From contig CASFUJ010000001.1 of assembly GCA_949297645.1 (NCBI GenBank), positions 1-58,198 on the forward strand: DNA of 58,198 nucleotides. The letters are read 5' to 3'. Below, in pieces: positions 53,170-58,198 of the stretch; the stretch's first letter is position 1, and every line of letters starts with the position of its first letter. The notes below the pieces were generated by a model that saw nothing but the letters and a program-made list of their open reading frames with translations, ran no database searches and was not told where the DNA came from. The position numbers and the translations under genes are program-made. This stretch comes from an uncultured Desulfovibrionaceae bacterium (GTDB lineage: Bacteria > Desulfobacterota > Desulfovibrionia > Desulfovibrionales > Desulfovibrionaceae).

Positions 53170-54540
53170 ATGGAGCAACATTCTCTTTTCCAGCAGGAAG
53201 GCGCGCAGCCGCTGGCCGCAAGGCTGAGGCCCCGCACGCTGGAGGAATTCTTCGGCCAGGAACACCTTCTCGGCAAAGGCAGAGTCCTGCGCAGGCTCAT
53301 AGAAAACGACCAGGTTTCCTCCATGATTTTCTGGGGGCCTCCCGGCGTGGGCAAGACCACTCTTGCCCGCATCATCGCCGGGCGCACGAAATCCGCGTTC
53401 ATCGACTTTTCCGCCGTCACCAGCGGCATCAGGGAAATCCGCGCCGTCATGCAGCAGGCGGAAAAGAACCGCCAGTACGGCAAACGCACCATGGTGTTCG
53501 TGGACGAAATCCACCGCTTCAACAAGGCCCAGCAGGACGCCTTTCTGCCCTTTGTGGAAAAGGGCAGCATCATCCTCATCGGCGCCACCACGGAAAACCC
53601 TTCCTTTGAAGTGAACGGCGCTCTGCTGTCCCGCTGCAAGGTCTTCGTGCTCCATCCTCTTTCTCCGGAAAACGTCACCGCGCTTCTTGCCCGCGCCGTC
53701 AGCGACCCGCGGGGCTTCGGCGGGCAGCGCGTGGAAATGGAGGAAGGCGTGCTCGAACACATCGCCGTCTTTTCCAACGGGGACGCCCGCTCCGCCCTCA
53801 CCACGCTGGAAATGGCGGTTCTCAACGGCGAGGAAAGAGACGGCGCCGTGTACGTCAGCCGGGAAACGCTCACGCAGTGCACCTCCCGCAAGTCGCTTCT
53901 GTACGACAAGCAGGGCGAAGAGCACTACAATCTCATCTCGGCGCTGCACAAATCCATGCGCAACTCCGATGCCGACGCCGCCGTGTACTGGCTCGCCCGC
54001 ATGCTGGAAGCCGGGGAAGACCCGCTGTACATCGCCCGCCGCATCACGCGCTTTGCCAGCGAAGATATCGGCCTTGCCGACCCTCACGCCCTCGGCGTCA
54101 CCATAGACGCCTATCAGGCCTGCCACTTCATCGGCATGCCCGAATGTGCCGTGCACCTTGCGCAGGCCGTCGTCTATCTGTCTCTCGCGCCCAAATCCAA
54201 CAGCATCGACCGTGCCTACGCCAAAGCCAGCAGGGACGCCCTTTCCATGCTGGACGAACCCGTGCCTCTGGCGCTGCGCAACGCGCCCACCAGACTCATG
54301 AAGGAACTCGACTACGGAAAGGGCTATCAGTTCGCGCACCATACGGAAGAAAAACTCACGAACATGCACTGTCTGCCCGATTCGCTCCTCGGCAGAACCT
54401 ACTACGAACCCGGAGAACACGGCCTCGAAACAAAGTTCAAGGCAAGGCTGGAATACATCAAAGCCTGGAAAAAGGAGCACGAAGCCCCGGCGCAGGAAGA
54501 AGACGCTCAGGACGGTACGGGACAGGAGGAACAGGCATAG
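53170..54540 (+). CDS. rarA: Replication-associated recombination protein A
   Basis: PLAARLRP, WGPPGVGKTT, DEIHRFNKAQQD, GATTENPSF, ISALHKS, ASEDIG. Confidence 0.96.
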   Translation: MEQHSLFQQEGAQPLAARLRPRTLEEFFGQEHLLGKGRVLRRLIENDQVSSMIFWGPPGVGKTTLARIIAGRTKSAFIDFSAVTSGIREIRAVMQQAEKNRQYGKRTMVFVDEIHRFNKAQQDAFLPFVEKGSIILIGATTENPSFEVNGALLSRCKVFVLHPLSPENVTALLARAVSDPRGFGGQRVEMEEGVLEHIAVFSNGDARSALTTLEMAVLNGEERDGAVYVSRETLTQCTSRKSLLYDKQGEEHYNLISALHKSMRNSDADAAVYWLARMLEAGEDPLYIARRITRFASEDIGLADPHALGVTIDAYQACHFIGMPECAVHLAQAVVYLSLAPKSNSIDRAYAKASRDALSMLDEPVPLALRNAPTRLMKELDYGKGYQFAHHTEEKLTNMHCLPDSLLGRTYYEPGEHGLETKFKARLEYIKAWKKEHEAPAQEEDAQDGTGQEEQA

Positions 54541-55045
54541 CCCTGCCTGAAACGCCGTCTTCCCCCTCTTCCGGCATGAGCTCTTTCCCGGCACGGCTCT
54601 CCTCGCCCGTCTGATGCCCTTCTTACCGGCAAGGCTCAACGCGCATCCTCAACCATGTGATGAACGCACGGGCTGTCCCGGAGCCTCCGTCATAACAAAA
54701 CCTGTTCCGCACAGGTCTGGATGCCGTGCCGGAAATCTCGTTTTCCTCCAGCCTTCCCGCCTGCCCTCCGGCTCATCTCAACAGCCCTCCCGCATGGCAC
54801 AACGGCTGAACCTGCGGAACCGCACGGACAGTCCCGAACCGCCTGCCGCCGAAAAAACGTCCTTCCCGGTCCGATTCACCCCTCGTGCCTCCCTTGCACA
54901 ACCTGTTCCGCGCAGCTCGAAAAAGCCTTCCCCTCTCCTCCCTTCCGGCGCGAACTTCCCGCGTTCTTCCGGCAGGACGGCAGTTTCCCTTTCTTCCCGT
55001 GCCTCAGCCGTGAAGTCTTCTGAAGTTTTATTCATATAACTTTAT

Positions 55046-55074
55046 TTGACAAATCGCATCACTCGACCTACTCT
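55046..55074 (+). promoter_or_regulatory. Sigma-70 promoter of the MATE-DtxR pair
   Basis: TTGACA-N17-TACTCT. Confidence 0.65.
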
Positions 55075-55109
55075 GTCATGGCCGCCGTCCTTTTTCATGA
55101 GGCACCCAT

Positions 55110-56594
55110 GTGAACGCCACCACCGTTTCCTCCACCGCCCCGTCTTCTCCCCGCCGCGACATGCCTTCCCGCGGCGAGCTTTTCCGTCTTACGCTGCCGC
55201 AGATGGGACTCATGCTCTGCCATCTGGTCATTTCCATGACCGACGTGTGGACGGCCGGAAAACTGGGATCGGACGTGCAGGCCGCCACCGGCGTGGTGGC
55301 GCAGATCTTCTCCCTGCTCATGCTCCTCACCTCGCTCATCGCCAGCGGCTGCCTGAGCACGGTAAGTCAGTCCCTCGGCGCAGGCCTTGCCCTGCGCGCC
55401 AACCGCTATGCCGGGCTCATCATCCTGCTTTCCGCGGGCATGGGCACCGCGGTGGCCCTGTGCGCCATGCTCGCCGCGCCGCTTCTCTTCACGGCCATGC
55501 GCGTGTCCGACGAGTTGCGACCCGCCCTTTCCGTGTTCTTCACCGCCTACTGCTGTCAGCTCCCCTTCTATTATGTGCTCATCATGGTCAATTCCATTTT
55601 TCGGGCCTACAAGAAGGTAATGCTGCCGCTTCTTACGCTTCTTCTCATGGCCGCGGCCAACCTGCTGGGCGATCTCGGTTTCGGTCTGGGCTTTTTCTCA
55701 CTCCCGGCCCATGGGGCGGCAGGCATAGCGTGGACGACCTTCGCCTGCTCCCTGCTGGGCCTTACCGGCAATCTTCTGCTTGCACGACGCTACGGCCTGC
55801 TTCACAGAAAGACCTTTGCCCCGTGGAAGTGGAACCGCCGCGCCATGCCCTACCTCTTCAAGGTAGGCACGCCCGCCGCCGCAGGGCAGCTCATTACGCA
55901 GACGGGAAGCCTGGTCACCCTCGCCATCATCGGTCTTCTGCCGGACAGCACAAACGTACTTGCGGGCATGAGCGTGGGCGGGCGCGTACAGGCCATCCTC
56001 ATGTTTCCCCTGGGCGCGCTGTATATGTCCATGGTCATCTTCTCCGGCCACCTTCTGGGCGGCGGAAAACGCGAGAGCCTCTACGCATTCGGCCGCAGAA
56101 TATCGGCGCTTACCGGTCTGACGCTGCTTGCACCCTCGGCGCTGCTCTGGCTTCTGCGCGAACCTGCGGCGGGGCTTTTCTCTTCCGAGCCCGCCGTGTT
56201 GCAGCAGGCTTCGCTGTTTCTGGCCTTCGCCTGTCTCTCCGCTCCGCTTACGGGCATGACGGGCATTATGAACGCCATCATTTCCGGCGCGGGAGCCACC
56301 GTGCTTTCCTGCCGCGTGGGAGCGCTCACCTGCTGGGCGGTGAGTATTCCTCTGGCACTCGGTCTCGGACTCGGACTCGACTTCGGCGCTCCCGGTGTCT
56401 ATGCCGCCTCGGCGCTTGCGCAGCTTGTCGCCTTTCTCTGGACCATACGTCTGTTCAGACGGAAAAAATGGCTTGAATACGGTCTTCGAAAACGTCACAC
56501 TGCCCAAAAGAGCGGAGGCACTCATGACGGAACACGCCGGTCAGACCCGGCCGGAAAGGAAAAACCTTTCCCCGGCTCTGGAAAACTATCTTGA
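55110..56594 (+). CDS. MATE-family efflux transporter
   Basis: LFRLTLPQ..TDVW..G, VSQSLGAG, N..GD..F, GAAGIAW; about 12 TM; start uncertain (GTG 55110 or ATG 55161). Confidence 0.88.
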   Translation: MNATTVSSTAPSSPRRDMPSRGELFRLTLPQMGLMLCHLVISMTDVWTAGKLGSDVQAATGVVAQIFSLLMLLTSLIASGCLSTVSQSLGAGLALRANRYAGLIILLSAGMGTAVALCAMLAAPLLFTAMRVSDELRPALSVFFTAYCCQLPFYYVLIMVNSIFRAYKKVMLPLLTLLLMAAANLLGDLGFGLGFFSLPAHGAAGIAWTTFACSLLGLTGNLLLARRYGLLHRKTFAPWKWNRRAMPYLFKVGTPAAAGQLITQTGSLVTLAIIGLLPDSTNVLAGMSVGGRVQAILMFPLGALYMSMVIFSGHLLGGGKRESLYAFGRRISALTGLTLLAPSALLWLLREPAAGLFSSEPAVLQQASLFLAFACLSAPLTGMTGIMNAIISGAGATVLSCRVGALTCWAVSIPLALGLGLGLDFGAPGVYAASALAQLVAFLWTIRLFRRKKWLEYGLRKRHTAQKSGGTHDGTRRSDPAGKEKPFPGSGKLS

Positions 56595-57072
56595 AATCAT
56601 CTTTCTGGAAGAGGCAAAGGAAGGCGCAGCCCGGGCCAGCGCCATTGCCGAAGCCGCGGGCGTGAGTCGCTCCACCGTGACAAGCACGCTCAAGGTTCTC
56701 AAGACCATGGGTCTTGTGGAATATGAGCCCTACAGCCTCATCCACCTTACGGAACAAGGGCGCGACATAGGACGCGACATCACGCACAGACACATCATTT
56801 TCCGCGAATTCTTCCTGCATGTGCTGCAGCTTGACGAGAGCAAGGCCGACGCCGTGGCCTGTGAACTGGAACATGTGGTTCCGCAAGACGTCATCCGCCG
56901 CTGGGGACAGTTCGTGCTGTACCTCAGAAACAGAGATTTCTGGAAGAACTGGCAGGAGGACTATGGGCGCGAACGCGGAGAACTCATAGGCACCATGACA
57001 AGGACGTTCCGCAACATGGGCTCACTCGACAATCAGGAGGAAGTACAGGAACTGGCGCGCAAGTATCGCTGA
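56524..57072 (+). CDS. DtxR/MntR-family metal-dependent regulator
   Basis: LENYLEII, HTH, LTEQGR, RH..FF..VL, ACELEH. Confidence 0.92.
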   Translation: MTEHAGQTRPERKNLSPALENYLEIIFLEEAKEGAARASAIAEAAGVSRSTVTSTLKVLKTMGLVEYEPYSLIHLTEQGRDIGRDITHRHIIFREFFLHVLQLDESKADAVACELEHVVPQDVIRRWGQFVLYLRNRDFWKNWQEDYGRERGELIGTMTRTFRNMGSLDNQEEVQELARKYR

Positions 57073-57327
57073 TACCTTCAGCAACACACTTCGAAGTCTC
57101 CCCGCAGATACCTTCCCCCCTCTCTTCACATAAGCCGCGTGCTCCTGTACTGAAGCGGACAGTCTCTGTTTGCCGCTAAAACCATTATTCTTCCCGGCGC
57201 CCGCTTCGCCGGAACTCCGGCAGCCTTTCATAAGCGACAGAAGAACAGTACTCCGTACCGACTTCTCGAAAAGTCGTCATGCATGCGGGCTTGCCGACGA
57301 ATGAAAAAGCTTTCGTTGACGGCCGAC

Positions 57328-58197
57328 TTAGATATTCAATTCGCGCATTTTGCGAAACAGCGTCACCCGGGAAATCCCCAATTCCTCCGCCGCTGCGTTT
57401 CTGCTCCAGCGGTGTTTTTCCAGCGCTTCGAGAATGAGGCGTTTCTCCGCCTCAAGAAGTCTTTCCTTCAGCCCACGTCGCGTCTTCTCCTCCTGCCCGG
57501 CGGACGGGCGGAAGAATCCCCAATCCGTTTCCGCCGCACGGCGCAGCACCACGTTCTCGAACTCCCGTATGTTACCGGGCCACCGGTGCTGACGAAGTCT
57601 TGCGAGTTCCTTTTCCGAAAAGGGAATATGCAGGCCATGCTGCTTCTGTACGGCAGTGAGCAGCCAGGGAATGTCCTCCTTTCTTTCCCGCAAAGGCGGC
57701 AGATGCAGCTCAAACACGTTGATGCGGTAGAAAAGGTCCTCCCGAAAGCGCCCTTCCCGCACGAGCTCGGCAAGGTCTCTGTTCGTGGCGGTGATGAGCC
57801 TAAACTGGCACATCTGCACGCTGTCGGCTCCCACGGGCCGGAAACGCCGCTCGCTGAGGGCCTGCAGCAGCTTCACCTGACAGCGCAGAGGCAGGTCTCC
57901 CACTTCGTCAAGAAACAGCGTGCCTCCGGCGGCCTGTGCCATGACTCCCCTGTGATTCTGCACCGCACCGGTAAAGGCGCCGCGCACATGCCCGAAAAAG
58001 GCGCTTTCAAACAGTCCCTCAGGCACGGCTCCGCAGTTGATGGACACGAAAGGCCCGGTACCGAAGGTGCTCATCTCGTGAATGAGTCTTGCGGCCACGC
58101 TCTTTCCCGTGCCAGTTTCCCCGGAAATGGTCACCGCCGCATTGGATGAGGCAGCCTTCACCATCTGCGCGGCGGTATAGCGCATGATGGAGGAAAC
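57328..58197 (-). CDS. Sigma-54-dependent activator (AAA+ and Fis HTH), N-terminus outside the window
   Basis: GETGTGKS, FGHVRGAFTGA, WPGNIREFEN, AAEELGISRVTLFRKM; frame open to the window edge. Confidence 0.93.
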   Translation of the reverse strand, partial: VSSIMRYTAAQMVKAASSNAAVTISGETGTGKSVAARLIHEMSTFGTGPFVSINCGAVPEGLFESAFFGHVRGAFTGAVQNHRGVMAQAAGGTLFLDEVGDLPLRCQVKLLQALSERRFRPVGADSVQMCQFRLITATNRDLAELVREGRFREDLFYRINVFELHLPPLRERKEDIPWLLTAVQKQHGLHIPFSEKELARLRQHRWPGNIREFENVVLRRAAETDWGFFRPSAGQEEKTRRGLKERLLEAEKRLILEALEKHRWSRNAAAEELGISRVTLFRKMRELNI

Positions 58198-58198
58198 G

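Noticed and set aside
54541-55045. 500-bp C-rich intergenic stretch with a repeated ACCTGTTCCGC
   Set aside because: Only two short copies, with no convincing ORF, RNA motif or array

Overview
GC-rich bacterial chromosomal segment. The lactate operon architecture and multiple sigma-54 activators suggest a Desulfovibrionaceae-like anaerobe (inference). Layout: (1) 1-18.7 kb accessory region ending at the 3' end of tRNA-Leu(CAA). It holds two parallel 'divergent sigma-54 activator + catabolic operon' modules: arylsulfate sulfotransferase/TAXI-TRAP/atypical M28 hydrolase, and OYE-type Fe-S flavoenzyme/TctABC/MmgE-PrpD/MFS. Between them lies a decayed IS200-type tnpA that the ORF track misses. 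(2) 19-31 kb housekeeping genes: CBS/CorC protein, carB-carA, YjgR-like ATPase, Xaa-Pro peptidase, DUF2333-like protein, M20 amidohydrolase. (3) 31.4-44.9 kb IclR-controlled 12-gene sugar-acid operon. It has an iolB-kduD-kdgK-eda core plus a type II dehydroquinase homolog lacking catalytic residues, an M24-fold protein lacking metal ligands, two 2-hydroxyacid dehydrogenases, a flavin reductase, a HIT protein and a split TAXI-TRAP, with readable promoters and operators. (4) D-/L-lactate oxidation operon with permease, then rarA, MATE + DtxR-family regulator and a truncated sigma-54 activator. The best candidates for undescribed biology are the three substrate-unknown catabolic operons. All functional calls come from motif recognition; no searches were run.
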